Below, piece by piece: positions 9,638 through 19,162 of a stretch of DNA of 58,311 bases. The stretch's first letter is position 1; the number at the start of each line of letters is the position of its first letter. The stretch comes from a virus (lineage: Duplodnaviria; Caudoviricetes). The stretch is taken from IMG/VR virus record IMGVR_UViG_3300045742_000023, positions 1 to 58,311 of that record. The stretch is one strand, 5' to 3'. The notes beneath the pieces were generated by a model. The model searched no databases. It worked only from the letters and a program-made list of their open reading frames with translations, and was not told where the DNA came from. The translations under genes and the position numbers were made by a program.

Positions 9638-10508
9638 GTTGACCTCCCATAGTTATTAGTATTTGTACCTCATCAACGATATCCTCCAGCGTAGCGTTAA
9701 CTACACGACCATCCCAAGCAGTGTACCTGTACTTACCCTCTACTAACTCCATATCAGTTGGTTTAGGTAGGTCAGAGTTTAGGTACTCAGCCCACTTAGC
9801 CTCACATACTTCTCTTAGCACTTCCTCTGTAGGGTTTACAAGAGAGAGTATTTTCTTGGCTGTCACGGGACCGCATCTGTGGATGCCCGGTATGTTGTCT
9901 ACGCTTAGGTCGCCGGTCAGTACTTGCTGGTACTTTTTCTGTATGCCTACCTCTGGCGTAACTAGAAACTTTTTCTTAGTCACCCAATTGAAGTGCTTAC
10001 CGGGAACCTGTAGCAGGTCCTTGTCTACTGTTACTATTACAGTGCTGTCATTCTGTGCTAAGGCCAGAGCATCATCTGCCTCTACACTAGTAAACACCTG
10101 CGCACCTTTTTGGTCTATCAGATACTTCCTCATATCAGCGTAGTGTACTGGCTTAACTGCATCTTTACGATTGCCTTTATACTCCAGCATGGTTGCTATG
10201 TTATGACGAAAGCACTGACCCTCGCTTAAGAATACCAGAGGGTTAGAGTCTCCTGTTATCTCTCCTATATAGCTCAGGGAAGTATTCAGGTTTGTTAGTG
10301 CGTGGTTAAGGGGACTGACTTCCTTCTCCCGTACTACCTCAAACCCCTCAGGATTCTCTTGCTTACTTAAGAACTCTTTTACCTCCTTGTTTACGTAGGA
10401 CTGGAAGGTGGGAATACCCACCTCCCTATCCACTACAGTATACAGAGTTTTCTCAGCCGCAAAGCCACAGCGGTAGACTAATACATCTCCATCTACTAAC
10501 GCTCTCAT
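9588..10508 (-). CDS. 5'-3' exonuclease (T7 gp6/FEN-like)
   Basis: LVDGD, YKGNR, EADD, DKDLLQVPG, GD..DNIPG..G.VTA. Confidence 0.9.
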   Translation of the reverse strand: MRALVDGDVLVYRCGFAAEKTLYTVVDREVGIPTFQSYVNKEVKEFLSKQENPEGFEVVREKEVSPLNHALTNLNTSLSYIGEITGDSNPLVFLSEGQCFRHNIATMLEYKGNRKDAVKPVHYADMRKYLIDQKGAQVFTSVEADDALALAQNDSTVIVTVDKDLLQVPGKHFNWVTKKKFLVTPEVGIQKKYQQVLTGDLSVDNIPGIHRCGPVTAKKILSLVNPTEEVLREVCEAKWAEYLNSDLPKPTDMELVEGKYRYTAWDGRVVNATLEDIVDEVQILITMGGQHAEKALREAGEEVPTP

Positions 10509-10600
10509 TACGGTCTCCTGTCTCTGCTCATATCTTTAATCATCAACCATATAATTAGGATTGGTATTCCTATCGCGGTTGCCTTCCACACCCAGTCCAT
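10508..10600 (-). CDS. 30-aa single-TM protein (below ORF-track cutoff)
   Basis: MDWVWKATAIGIPILIIWLMIKDMSRDRRP; TAATG coupling to exonuclease. Confidence 0.55.
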   Translation of the reverse strand: MDWVWKATAIGIPILIIWLMIKDMSRDRRP

Positions 10601-10601
10601 A

Positions 10602-10931
10602 TCAGTGAGTGCTTTGACGTGCTTCGGCATCCGGGAAGTCAAGCGTTGTTTGCTCCAACGTCCCTTCGATTTGCTTTGCCATTAAGTCTGACAAGGCTGA
10701 TACCCAATCACGTGCGGCTTGGTACTGCCGCGTTTCTACTTCCATCAGGTTAGTGGTACGATTGAAGACACCATACACGGGGATGGGTACCCCGTCCAGT
10801 ACCTTAATAACCGGGGCTACCCGATAGAAAGGACTAGAGATATCTTCAATAGTCTCACCAAACTTAATGTCGTCCATCTGTGAGGACAGGCTATCTTCTA
10901 CATACTGCACGAACTCTTTACTAAACTTCAT
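10602..10931 (-). CDS. Hypothetical protein
   Basis: 109 aa, AGGAG RBS. Confidence 0.65.
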   Translation of the reverse strand: MKFSKEFVQYVEDSLSSQMDDIKFGETIEDISSPFYRVAPVIKVLDGVPIPVYGVFNRTTNLMEVETRQYQAARDWVSALSDLMAKQIEGTLEQTTLDFPDAEARQSTH

Positions 10932-10949
10932 TACATTCTCCTGTAAGGG

Positions 10950-11018
10950 TGGGCGGACAGATCGCTCTGTTTAGATGCGCCGACCGGGAATCCCCAATCC
11001 TGTCCGCATCTCCGCCCA
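10950..11018 (-). ncRNA. Candidate structured cis-regulatory RNA (three-way junction with GNRA-capped hairpin)
   Basis: UGGGCGG/CCGCCCA, AGAUGCG/CGCAUCU and ACAGA-GCGA-UCUGU helices fill the intergenic gap just 5' of an RBS. Confidence 0.4.
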
Positions 11019-11026
11019 TTGTTATA

Positions 11027-11206
11027 TTAACTTGCGCTTCGTTGGCGCATCAAGGTTTTCTTAAGCCTTTGATAGTGGCTTCGTTGACACTGCGGGGCTA
11101 GCATGATTACTCCGTTAGCACCCTGAGTGTAGAGAGGATCGGTACTCGCAAACGAGTACCTCTCCTTTACGTACTGCCTAATAGACTTAGCTAACTTGCC
11201 TCTCAT
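11027..11206 (-). CDS. 59-aa basic hypothetical protein (below cutoff)
   Basis: MRGKLAKSIRQYVKERYSF...RQRSAS; TAATG coupled to SSB stop. Confidence 0.6.
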   Translation of the reverse strand: MRGKLAKSIRQYVKERYSFASTDPLYTQGANGVIMLAPQCQRSHYQRLKKTLMRQRSAS

Positions 11207-11694
11207 TATGCCTCCATTGGATCGTAATCATCCCCCGGTCCCGGTGCATCATCGTCCTGTACTGCTGAGACGAAAGGCTCAGGGTTGATACAGTTCTTGT
11301 AAATCTTGAGAGTCAATTCATCTAGCAACGCTGCTGCATTATCGAATGCCTTGCCTTTAGCCCCAAGCGTAACAGCGTCTGCTTGGATAAGGCTACCTAA
11401 CAGGGTAGCAGCTACCTTATAGCAGGACTGTACCACGATGCTGCTTTGCCGTGCATCCCCTGTCAAGGTTGCTGCTGTGCTAGCAGAACTAGCAGCCTGA
11501 GCTGGTGGAGCAGTTGGCTTAACCGCACCTGCGTTCCAGTACTTGCCTTTCTGCGTAGCCTCAAACTCTACGTACTGTCCCTCTAGGCTACTGTAATCAT
11601 CTTTGTATGTACCATACCAAGTATCATTCACGTTAATAGAGTGAATGTTATTATCATTTCGGTACGCTTTTGTTAATACGCCTTGAACTTTCAT
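11206..11694 (-). CDS. Putative single-stranded DNA-binding protein
   Basis: Beta-rich OB-like N-terminus, acidic C-tail DDYDPMEA, directly after polymerase. Confidence 0.55.
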   Translation of the reverse strand: MKVQGVLTKAYRNDNNIHSINVNDTWYGTYKDDYSSLEGQYVEFEATQKGKYWNAGAVKPTAPPAQAASSASTAATLTGDARQSSIVVQSCYKVAATLLGSLIQADAVTLGAKGKAFDNAAALLDELTLKIYKNCINPEPFVSAVQDDDAPGPGDDYDPMEA

Positions 11695-13583
11695 TCCTTC
11701 CTTTCTCCTGTTTTATCGAATGGGGTTGGGATAGATACTTTAATCTCGTCCTCCCCTTCGGGTAGTTCCCCCCAATATTTTCCAATGGTAATACCAACGC
11801 CAAGGGGGACTGAAAACTGCACGTCGTATACCTTATCTAAGTAGCTATACACATCATGTGATAGCGATTGAATCATTACATCTTTGTACAACTGAACTTC
11901 TTCCGGGTGTATCTCTGCTTCCAGAGAATCATGCACTGTGTTTACTAAGAACGTCTGTGCTCCCCGTAATCTGTACCAAGCATACGCAAGTCCTATTGGG
12001 ATAATGTCAGCGGTTGCAAAACTTTGTATTGGTATATTAAATACCTTGGTCCGCACATTTAAATATCCTGTGTGACTTACACGGGCCTCTGGGTAGTAGA
12101 AGGTCATGCCCCACTCAGTAGTAAACTGTTTATTGTTACCTACCTGAATGCACCATGACTCCTGCGTATCCTTCAATGAGGAGTACTTCTCCCCAAAGGC
12201 TTCGTAGTATGCCTTCTCTGCGTCTGTTCCTGATCTACCTCCGTATAGTGGTTTAAATGTATGTGCCTTTGCCGTGGTTCTAGTTATATCCTTACCACCG
12301 TGGGCAGAAATAACCTCTTGTGTATATAGATGGACATCATATCCTTCTAAAAGTTCCCGTCTAATTACATCATCGTCACCTATATGTCCGGCTACCCGGA
12401 ACTCTAGCTGTGCTCCATCGGCTTCGCCTATAAGCCAGCCCTCATTGCGCGGAGAGAACAATCTCTTGTACGCCCTTGGCAAGTTATGGAACTGGCATCC
12501 CTTCTCAGCATCGAACATCTTGTAATAAACTGAGCGTCCAGAGGAGGCTAGTCTATGGGTGACAGCACGCCCCTGTCTAAGTTCCGCATAGATAATACCG
12601 TCCTGTTCCCTACAAGCACCTACAAACATAGACAAGTTCTTATCTAGAGCAGCGGACAACTGTCCCTGTCTCTTCTTGAGTTTAATAAACTCTCTCTGCT
12701 TGTCTGTTGTAGGATTCAGGGATAGCAGGGTAGCCTCATCTGTCTTAGGCATACCGTCCGGGAATTGTTTATTAGGCTTGTTCCTGATAAAGTTCCCGCG
12801 CCTGTCCTTAGCCTCAGCAAATCCTAACTCTCCGTACACGAAGGTAGCTACCTGTGGAGGTGACTTCGGGTTGATACCACCAGTCAATATGTCCAGCTTG
12901 TCTCTAACTTCTATGTACCTAGCGAGAGTCTTGTTGTACTCTTCCTCTACCCTAGCTGCGTCAAGATGTAGTCCGTTTCTTTCTATATCCGCCAGAGGCG
13001 GTATGACTATACATCTAGTGAACACGATGGGTAGTAGTCTAGTATCCTCCATCTCTGACAACTGTGCGTAGAAAAGTTCCTCAGTCTTTGCTACGTCTAA
13101 GTCGCAGTACTTCAACAAAAGGCTACGAGGTATGTCAGAAGGACAGACACCAGCGTTTATTAAATTACTAACCACGCTCAGCTTACCGGGAAGGTTGCGC
13201 CTATTCATACATTCCTCTAGGCTAAGTCTCCACCGTCTGTTCCCCGCTATAACCCACTCTGCTGCGAAGGTGCAGTAGACTAGGACTGTGCCTATGTCTA
13301 GCCCACATCTATGTAGCCACTGCAATTCAAACTTTGCGTTGTGTGCTACAAGGAAGTCTGCTTCTCTGCAAGCCTTGACTAACTCAGCCTGATCGAACTC
13401 TCCCCCCCAACAGTAGTGCTTAGTGCCCCGGAACTTCCAGCAGGACAAGACAACTCGGTTATCCTCTACTAGAGCGCTACCATGCTCTATGTTGGTAGTC
13501 TCAAAGTCTAGGAACAGAGGTTCTCCTGTCCTGTATATCTCTGGGTCTGGTCGTTCTAACCACGGTGGTAGGTAAGTACTCAT
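11691..13583 (-). CDS. polA: DNA polymerase, family A, with 3'-5' exonuclease
   Basis: ExoI DFET, ExoII HNAKFE, ExoIII YCDLD; motif A DGAQLEFR, motif B RTTAKAHTFKPLYG, motif C VHDS. Confidence 0.95.
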   Translation of the reverse strand: MSTYLPPWLERPDPEIYRTGEPLFLDFETTNIEHGSALVEDNRVVLSCWKFRGTKHYCWGGEFDQAELVKACREADFLVAHNAKFELQWLHRCGLDIGTVLVYCTFAAEWVIAGNRRWRLSLEECMNRRNLPGKLSVVSNLINAGVCPSDIPRSLLLKYCDLDVAKTEELFYAQLSEMEDTRLLPIVFTRCIVIPPLADIERNGLHLDAARVEEEYNKTLARYIEVRDKLDILTGGINPKSPPQVATFVYGELGFAEAKDRRGNFIRNKPNKQFPDGMPKTDEATLLSLNPTTDKQREFIKLKKRQGQLSAALDKNLSMFVGACREQDGIIYAELRQGRAVTHRLASSGRSVYYKMFDAEKGCQFHNLPRAYKRLFSPRNEGWLIGEADGAQLEFRVAGHIGDDDVIRRELLEGYDVHLYTQEVISAHGGKDITRTTAKAHTFKPLYGGRSGTDAEKAYYEAFGEKYSSLKDTQESWCIQVGNNKQFTTEWGMTFYYPEARVSHTGYLNVRTKVFNIPIQSFATADIIPIGLAYAWYRLRGAQTFLVNTVHDSLEAEIHPEEVQLYKDVMIQSLSHDVYSYLDKVYDVQFSVPLGVGITIGKYWGELPEGEDEIKVSIPTPFDKTGERKE

Positions 13584-14092
13584 AAGCCCACCTTAATGCC
13601 TCTACTAGAGAAGGTATCAAGTACCTCATCCAGTCTCCTAGGAATACCACCAACACTCTCTACGCAAGCGTTGTAGTAGCGCGGGTCAGGGATACTCTGC
13701 TTGTGTACATGCCCGTGTACGTTAACTCTGCCCCTCAATTCTAGTTCATGGATAGGAGCATGTGATAACCACATACTTTTATATGCCCACAAACCGGGAC
13801 GAATAACATTAAACACTTCTCTGTATACATCCAAAGAGTATCCGTCGTGGTTGCCCATGATAAGATGCTTTGAGCCGGGCCAATTCTTCATACGTAACAG
13901 AGCCTCCCTCTTCCACGCTACGTCCCCTAGCACCCATACCACGGAATTACCCCGAACTACTGAACGCCAGTTATCCTCAAGCCATGCGTCGTGCTCCTCT
14001 ATTGATTCTCCTTTCCTTACGTCACCCGACCAAGCTAGTAAATTCTTATGGCCAAGATGTAGGTCGGAGATAAAGAATATATTAGTGCTCAT
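13580..14092 (-). CDS. Calcineurin-like metallophosphoesterase
   Basis: SDLHLGH, LGDV, GNHD, SHAP, HGHVH. Confidence 0.9.
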   Translation of the reverse strand: MSTNIFFISDLHLGHKNLLAWSGDVRKGESIEEHDAWLEDNWRSVVRGNSVVWVLGDVAWKREALLRMKNWPGSKHLIMGNHDGYSLDVYREVFNVIRPGLWAYKSMWLSHAPIHELELRGRVNVHGHVHKQSIPDPRYYNACVESVGGIPRRLDEVLDTFSSRGIKVGL

Positions 14093-15296
14093 AACTCATA
14101 ACCCTTGACAGATTCCTGTCTACCATTACCGTAAAGCTATCATGATTACCTCCCCGTTTATTCTTAGCTAACGTAAGCATACGCAGGTTCCTTAGTTCGT
14201 AGTCTTCATTACTACCCGCCATGATGATAACGTCACATGCTCCGGGTATACCTGTGTTACTACCATCTATATCCCCATCGTTTAGAATCAGTTTGTTGCG
14301 ACCTGAGTCGCCTACCTGAGTCATTGCAATGCTAACGCAGTTATGTCTACGGGCTACGTTGCGTAACTCTCTAGCCACCAACTCCAGTCGTTGTGTGTTT
14401 GTCTCTGCTTTGTTGGCAGTGATGTTACGCATCTGGTCTACAATCAGGATATCAGGTTCATGCTTTCGTACTAACGCTTCCACTTCGTACATAGTACCGG
14501 GGCTTAGTCCTACGAATACGCAATTGCTATACCCTTTAGCGCGTGCTATCTCAAGCGCCTGTTCCTTATTAGCAAACAACTGATCTTCATTCATACCTGA
14601 CAATGAGGACAGCAGTCTTAAGATAAGGTCAGGTACGGGGTCTTCGTTTCCTATGTATAGTACCTTTGCTCCCTGCATTAGCAGGCCTGCCGCTATGTTA
14701 ATTCCTAGTAGTGTCTTGCCTCTCTCAGGCCTTGCTCCTATAATCACAGAGTGCCCCGGCCTCAGCCCACCACGAATCCTTTTGCTTAGTTCTCGTGGAG
14801 GTAGGTGCCACGCACCGTCCTCTTCGAATCTATTCTCTAACGCCTCTAGTCCTACATCGCAGTATTCCTCCTCAACAGTATCCTCCAGTACGGACGCTTC
14901 CGCTAGGTCAGCGTACTCCTGTAGGTACAGGTTTATTCTGTTATCGTCTTGTGCTAGTAGAGCATCTGCTAGATCAGTACCTATCAACGCTCTCTTGTGT
15001 GCCAACACTTCGGCAACTGCGTTGACTGACGAACTATCTATCGACAGTATCTCTACTACCAAAGACTCGGCTTTATCTAGATGCTTGGGAACATCCTTGA
15101 ACTTACGCTGTAGAGCAGCCTTGAAGATATCAATGTCTACTGAGTTAGCCTCAGCATCACGATGATAGTACGACTCAATTGCTCCTAGCAAAGCTGAGCC
15201 GATAGGCGACCAGCTCTTTTTATCCAGATGATTCACGCAAGCATCGAAGTCTTTTCTGTCTTTCAGAAAAGCAGCGAGTACTTTTGCTTCGAACAT
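14082..15296 (-). CDS. SF4 DnaB-like replicative helicase
   Basis: GARPERGKT Walker A, ILIVDQ Walker B, TQ, KNKRGG. Confidence 0.9.
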   Translation of the reverse strand: MFEAKVLAAFLKDRKDFDACVNHLDKKSWSPIGSALLGAIESYYHRDAEANSVDIDIFKAALQRKFKDVPKHLDKAESLVVEILSIDSSSVNAVAEVLAHKRALIGTDLADALLAQDDNRINLYLQEYADLAEASVLEDTVEEEYCDVGLEALENRFEEDGAWHLPPRELSKRIRGGLRPGHSVIIGARPERGKTLLGINIAAGLLMQGAKVLYIGNEDPVPDLILRLLSSLSGMNEDQLFANKEQALEIARAKGYSNCVFVGLSPGTMYEVEALVRKHEPDILIVDQMRNITANKAETNTQRLELVARELRNVARRHNCVSIAMTQVGDSGRNKLILNDGDIDGSNTGIPGACDVIIMAGSNEDYELRNLRMLTLAKNKRGGNHDSFTVMVDRNLSRVMSYEH

Positions 15297-15394
15297 TTAC
15301 TTTCCTTTTATAGTTATAGCTTAGTTAGAAAGGGGGCCTAGAGGCCCCCATTAACTTAGCTATTGCGTATCGAATTAACTTTAACTGTAGCTAG

Positions 15395-15441
15395 TTAGAT
15401 ACGGACACCGCTGTTTAGTTCTTATCTTTACATACCTTTAC
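15395..15441 (-). promoter_or_regulatory. sigmaE/AlgU-type promoter with CpxR-like box, upstream of helicase-polymerase operon
   Basis: Minus strand: GTAAA-GGTAT-GTAAA, 5 nt, GAACTA-N16-TCTAA. Confidence 0.65.
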
Positions 15442-15551
15442 ACTGATGGTAAAGAGGGGGTATGGTGCGGTTATCGTAGACTTACTCTGTAAATTTAGGT
15501 CAAGGAAAATCTCCTTACCTACATTAACATTACATCATATGTATAGAAAAT

Positions 15552-15566
15552 CTTACCTATCTTTAC
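15552..15566 (-). promoter_or_regulatory. Additional CpxR-like box
   Basis: Minus strand GTAAA-GATAG-GTAAG just after primase stop. Confidence 0.4.
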
Positions 15567-15579
15567 ACAACTTTTCATA

Positions 15580-16401
15580 TCAATTTTCTCCTAGGAAGGT
15601 GCTAACTATAGCCCTAGCCTCCTTGTTGGGTGTGTCCTTGATATCCTTCCTCAACCTCAGGACACGGCAGGTTCCAAACCTACTACCGTACCTACGCTGG
15701 TACGTAATAGCAGTAGCAGTAGCATCGGCATCCAGTGCTAGTACAAGGTGACGGGTAGCTCCAGCCAATTCCTGTATACGCTTCTCGTTGAGATGCGTAC
15801 CGTTCAAAGATACTGCGTGATACCCTAGCTGGAACAAGGCGATAGCTGATAGAGGGTCTTCCACTACAATCACAACATCCCTCCCATACACATCAGCTAG
15901 AGCAGAACCAAAGTACCAACTCATACCAGTGCTGTCCTTAATCAAAGTAGTATAGGATTTACTCTGACCGGGGCTAGGGCAGACAGGTTTACTGATAAAC
16001 CCTTCGATAGTAAGACGATCCCTACTGTACATGGGTAGTACCAAAACGCTACTATTCCCCGACGTACCCACAGCCTGCTTAATTAGATCACGTATAAGCT
16101 CGTGATTGAACTTATACTCGTACGCATCATTCAACCACGTCTTTACTGGATTGCATAACGCCATCATAGCAGGCCCGTCGCTGAACGTACGTACCTTAAC
16201 TGGCGCGTCACCAGCAGACTCCACTGGTACAGTCTCGATGGGACAACTGTTACGATGGCAGGTAGCTAATACCTTACCATCATTACCTGTCCAGAATACT
16301 AGCGACTGCTCCGTACTGTCACCTCCTTTGCATACGGGGCAGACTGTTCTATAGGGGACAGGATTATCCCCCAAGGCTTGGGCTAGTAATGCTCGGCTCA
16401 T
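15580..16401 (-). CDS. DNA primase (Zn finger + TOPRIM)
   Basis: CPVC...CHRNSC; VVEDPLSA, SLNGT, LALDAD. Confidence 0.85.
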   Translation of the reverse strand: MSRALLAQALGDNPVPYRTVCPVCKGGDSTEQSLVFWTGNDGKVLATCHRNSCPIETVPVESAGDAPVKVRTFSDGPAMMALCNPVKTWLNDAYEYKFNHELIRDLIKQAVGTSGNSSVLVLPMYSRDRLTIEGFISKPVCPSPGQSKSYTTLIKDSTGMSWYFGSALADVYGRDVVIVVEDPLSAIALFQLGYHAVSLNGTHLNEKRIQELAGATRHLVLALDADATATAITYQRRYGSRFGTCRVLRLRKDIKDTPNKEARAIVSTFLGEN

Positions 16402-16607
16402 GATTCCTCCTCCTCTTTAAACTTCTCCGCCTCCATCCTCACAATCTGCTCGTTGTACTCGATTAGCAATCTCTTCAACGCTAGATTAGAGGACTCCAAC
16501 TCCGCAAGTTTGCAATGCAAGCACTCAAAATCCCCGCTTTCGTCTTGGTGCTCGCAGTTGCAGCAGCAATAGCCGCCGGTTTCTTCTTTGGCGCATTGTT
16601 TACTCAT
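16398..16607 (-). CDS. Small Cys-rich coiled-coil protein
   Basis: 69 aa, CCCNC...CLHC, AGGAG RBS. Confidence 0.6.
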   Translation of the reverse strand: MSKQCAKEETGGYCCCNCEHQDESGDFECLHCKLAELESSNLALKRLLIEYNEQIVRMEAEKFKEEEES

Positions 16608-16688
16608 TTCACTTTCTCCTATAAGTTCATTTATATAACGTAAAAGCTATTAATTAGTCAGTGCTTTATAACCCAAAGGTTATTTATC

Positions 16689-16808
16689 TCACTTCCTCCT
16701 TAGTGTAGTTACTATAATGTTAACTATCATTGCACCTAACAGGGCTATAAATAATCCGACTATGATATACTCGGATAAGTTCCATGCCCATAGCATATAC
16801 TTAGTCAT
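16689..16808 (-). CDS. 39-aa single-TM protein (below cutoff)
   Basis: MTKYMLWAWNLSEYIIVGLFIALLGAMIVNIIVTTLRRK; ATGA overlap with ATP-grasp stop, GGAGG RBS. Confidence 0.6.
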   Translation of the reverse strand: MTKYMLWAWNLSEYIIVGLFIALLGAMIVNIIVTTLRRK

Positions 16809-17653
16809 GCGATCACCTCCGCCCATGCGTCTGCCAGTTTATCTACAGTAGTCTGATCGTTAGTAAGTCCGATAGAACTATTAGTTTCAATAGCCCTCAC
16901 TTCAAGCAACTCCTTATCGTCAGACAAGGACGCTATAAGATCAACTGCTCCCCACCCTAGATTGAAGTGCTTAGCTACAGTAGTACCAGCATCCATTAGG
17001 GTAGACTTGTCCTCCTCATTCACGTCGAACGTGTTGCGACAGAAGGCCCACCCATTCTTGTGGGCACGTACCAGCTTGGTATAGATGTTACTCTCTATAC
17101 CTATCCGTTCCCTGCGTTCCTTGGTATACCTACGTTTCTCCACCAGATCAACGCACTTACCTGCTACGATGTACGCTCGGTACTCCCTTACCCTAGGGCC
17201 TGTAAAGACCTTGGTGTACAGGCTAGCATTGGGTAGAGGATCATCAGGAGATATAACAATACCATTACCCTGAGAAGAGCGTATCATTGTACGTGCCATA
17301 ACCCTGCTTCCCTGTTCTATCCACTCCTCCGCTACGCGTCGAGCAGGTGTAGTATCTACAGGTAGCACAGGACAATCATGTAAAGCATTGAACATCATCA
17401 GCTTATTAGATGAGGTCATGATTATCTCAGGCGTATTATACCACGGTACTTCATCAAGGTATCGTGTTGCCCACGGAGGTGCTGTAGTAGCGCCGTGATT
17501 AATCACGTACTTTACTCTGCTACACTGTACTCTCTCGGTATTCCTAGTCACACGTATTACTCTAGGTAAACGTGCTCTCAAGGCTAAGAGTAAGGCATGG
17601 CTTGAGTTACCTCTAGCCCGACTCCTACTATATATCACTACTGTGTCTCTCAT
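16805..17653 (-). CDS. ATP-grasp peptide ligase (phiEco32/PaP3 type)
   Basis: SNKL, SQGNGI, LYTK, REYR, VRAHKNGW, WGAVD, IETNS. Confidence 0.85.
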   Translation of the reverse strand: MRDTVVIYSRSRARGNSSHALLLALRARLPRVIRVTRNTERVQCSRVKYVINHGATTAPPWATRYLDEVPWYNTPEIIMTSSNKLMMFNALHDCPVLPVDTTPARRVAEEWIEQGSRVMARTMIRSSQGNGIVISPDDPLPNASLYTKVFTGPRVREYRAYIVAGKCVDLVEKRRYTKERRERIGIESNIYTKLVRAHKNGWAFCRNTFDVNEEDKSTLMDAGTTVAKHFNLGWGAVDLIASLSDDKELLEVRAIETNSSIGLTNDQTTVDKLADAWAEVIA

Positions 17654-17666
17654 AATCGTATTCCTT

Positions 17667-17687
17667 TTGTGTTAACAGTTAACGCAA
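17667..17687. promoter_or_regulatory. Palindromic operator-like repeat, copy 1
   Basis: TTGTGTTAACAGTTAACGCAA, adjacent to ATP-grasp RBS. Confidence 0.75.
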
Positions 17688-17689
17688 AC

Positions 17690-19162
17690 TTAGTGTACAC
17701 TATTACCCGAAGCCTTCCAGCCTTCCCACCAGTTAATTTTTATGTCACTGTATTGGGCTGGATGCTGCGACTCAAGATCAGCTACATCTATCTCAATGGT
17801 ATCAACAGGATGGGTAGCCTCAATAAAGGAGGGGCCATAGTACCACGCTCTACACACTAATCCTGTTACGCCCATCGAGTACAGATCAATCCCCTCTACC
17901 TCTACGTTGTTTAAAACTACTACCTCACCTCCCGCTAACAGACTATCAATAGCATGACGTGCATGTTGGTTAGAGATGTACACCTGTACAGGTAGGGGAT
18001 CACGCTCACCCTTTAGGTAAACAAAGCCTTGGGCACTTCCTTGATTGTCTATACCGGACACCACCACAGGTACCGATAGTCCTCCTATTGCAGTCTGCTT
18101 ACCTCCCTCTACAGCAGGCTCTACGTAGGTACGTAGGTACTCCTTCATAGTGGAGGCAGCATCCTTGTTAGGAAAGATACCAAACAAGTTAGTCACAGCC
18201 TGATGTATGTTGGTCAATACACCCGGAGTTAGGTAGTGTCGTTTGGGTAAACCCTCCGTGTCCTTTACTACTAAACGGGACGGAATAGTCATAGTGTTAC
18301 CCTGAGAAGGAGATCGGAAGGGAGTTAGATCATCCTCTAGTTCTTCCCAAACATCCTCCCACAACCTTTGATCCGGATACATAGACCTCCCCTGCTGGTA
18401 GTAGTCTTGATAAGAAGTATACACAGGTATCTTACTGGAGTAATCCTCTACCGTAGCCTCACCACCATCATAAGGAATCTTTATCAGGGTATGTACTTCC
18501 ATATTACCAGACCAATCAGCCTTGATATGATTGCGTTCCAGTACCCATTCCAGCATACGCAGTTCACTAGCAAAGAATAACCCGCCAGTCTTAGTGTATG
18601 CTAGAGCCAAAGGCCTATCAGCATTACGTGCTAGGTTAATAGTCTTGGTGCGATTGTCTGCCCATGCTAATGCGTAAGCACCGCCCTCAATCTTCTCCAG
18701 AACTTCTACCACACTACTCGTATCACTATCAACTGAGTTCAATGCCTCCATGATAGCCATAGAATCCATCTCTGCGTCAGTGATATGATCCTTGAGAGCA
18801 GTCTTCCATGCTAACACCGTACCATTGTGAACACCCGACACATATCCAAAGGCAAATGGATGGGCCAGTTCTTGCGTAACAGCACCTAGGGTAGCTGCTC
18901 TATTGTGACCTAGTATGAACAACGAGTCAGTCATGGCTCCCCATAAGGCCTTAGTACGTAATGCGCTTGGTGATACTACGTCCTTGTCGTAGTACATCTT
19001 AATAGCTTCCGCACCTTTACGATAGCCTTTCTCTGCCCATAACAATCCAGCTGAGTCTGTGCCACGCACTTCACCAGCTATGAACAAATCACGCACAGCT
19101 TTGATTTCTTGTGCGCTAGCCCCTGATTTCCTTCCAGATACAAATCCAATAATACCACACAT
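17690..19162 (-). CDS. Class II (Ntn) glutamine amidotransferase
   Basis: N-terminal MCGIIG, RGTDSAG, GHNRAAT, AHPF, HNGT, DS, RNADRPL, FASE. Confidence 0.92.
   Translation of the reverse strand: MCGIIGFVSGRKSGASAQEIKAVRDLFIAGEVRGTDSAGLLWAEKGYRKGAEAIKMYYDKDVVSPSALRTKALWGAMTDSLFILGHNRAATLGAVTQELAHPFAFGYVSGVHNGTVLAWKTALKDHITDAEMDSMAIMEALNSVDSDTSSVVEVLEKIEGGAYALAWADNRTKTINLARNADRPLALAYTKTGGLFFASELRMLEWVLERNHIKADWSGNMEVHTLIKIPYDGGEATVEDYSSKIPVYTSYQDYYQQGRSMYPDQRLWEDVWEELEDDLTPFRSPSQGNTMTIPSRLVVKDTEGLPKRHYLTPGVLTNIHQAVTNLFGIFPNKDAASTMKEYLRTYVEPAVEGGKQTAIGGLSVPVVVSGIDNQGSAQGFVYLKGERDPLPVQVYISNQHARHAIDSLLAGGEVVVLNNVEVEGIDLYSMGVTGLVCRAWYYGPSFIEATHPVDTIEIDVADLESQHPAQYSDIKINWWEGWKASGNSVH

Noticed and set aside
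10950-11018. tRNA gene (7-bp GGGCGGA/UCCGCCC stem followed by ACC)
   Set aside because: No T-loop (TTCRA), no D-arm or anticodon geometry; too short
11143-11164. GGTACTCG-CAAA-CGAGTACC hairpin as a terminator or ncRNA
   Set aside because: Lies within the 59-aa ORF 11027-11206 and lacks a U-tract
7874-13583. Modified-base (dZ or dU-derivative) genome system
   Set aside because: No PurZ, thymidylate synthase/hydroxymethylase or glycosyltransferase recognised; the polymerase has ordinary motifs (Phe at the 762-equivalent position)
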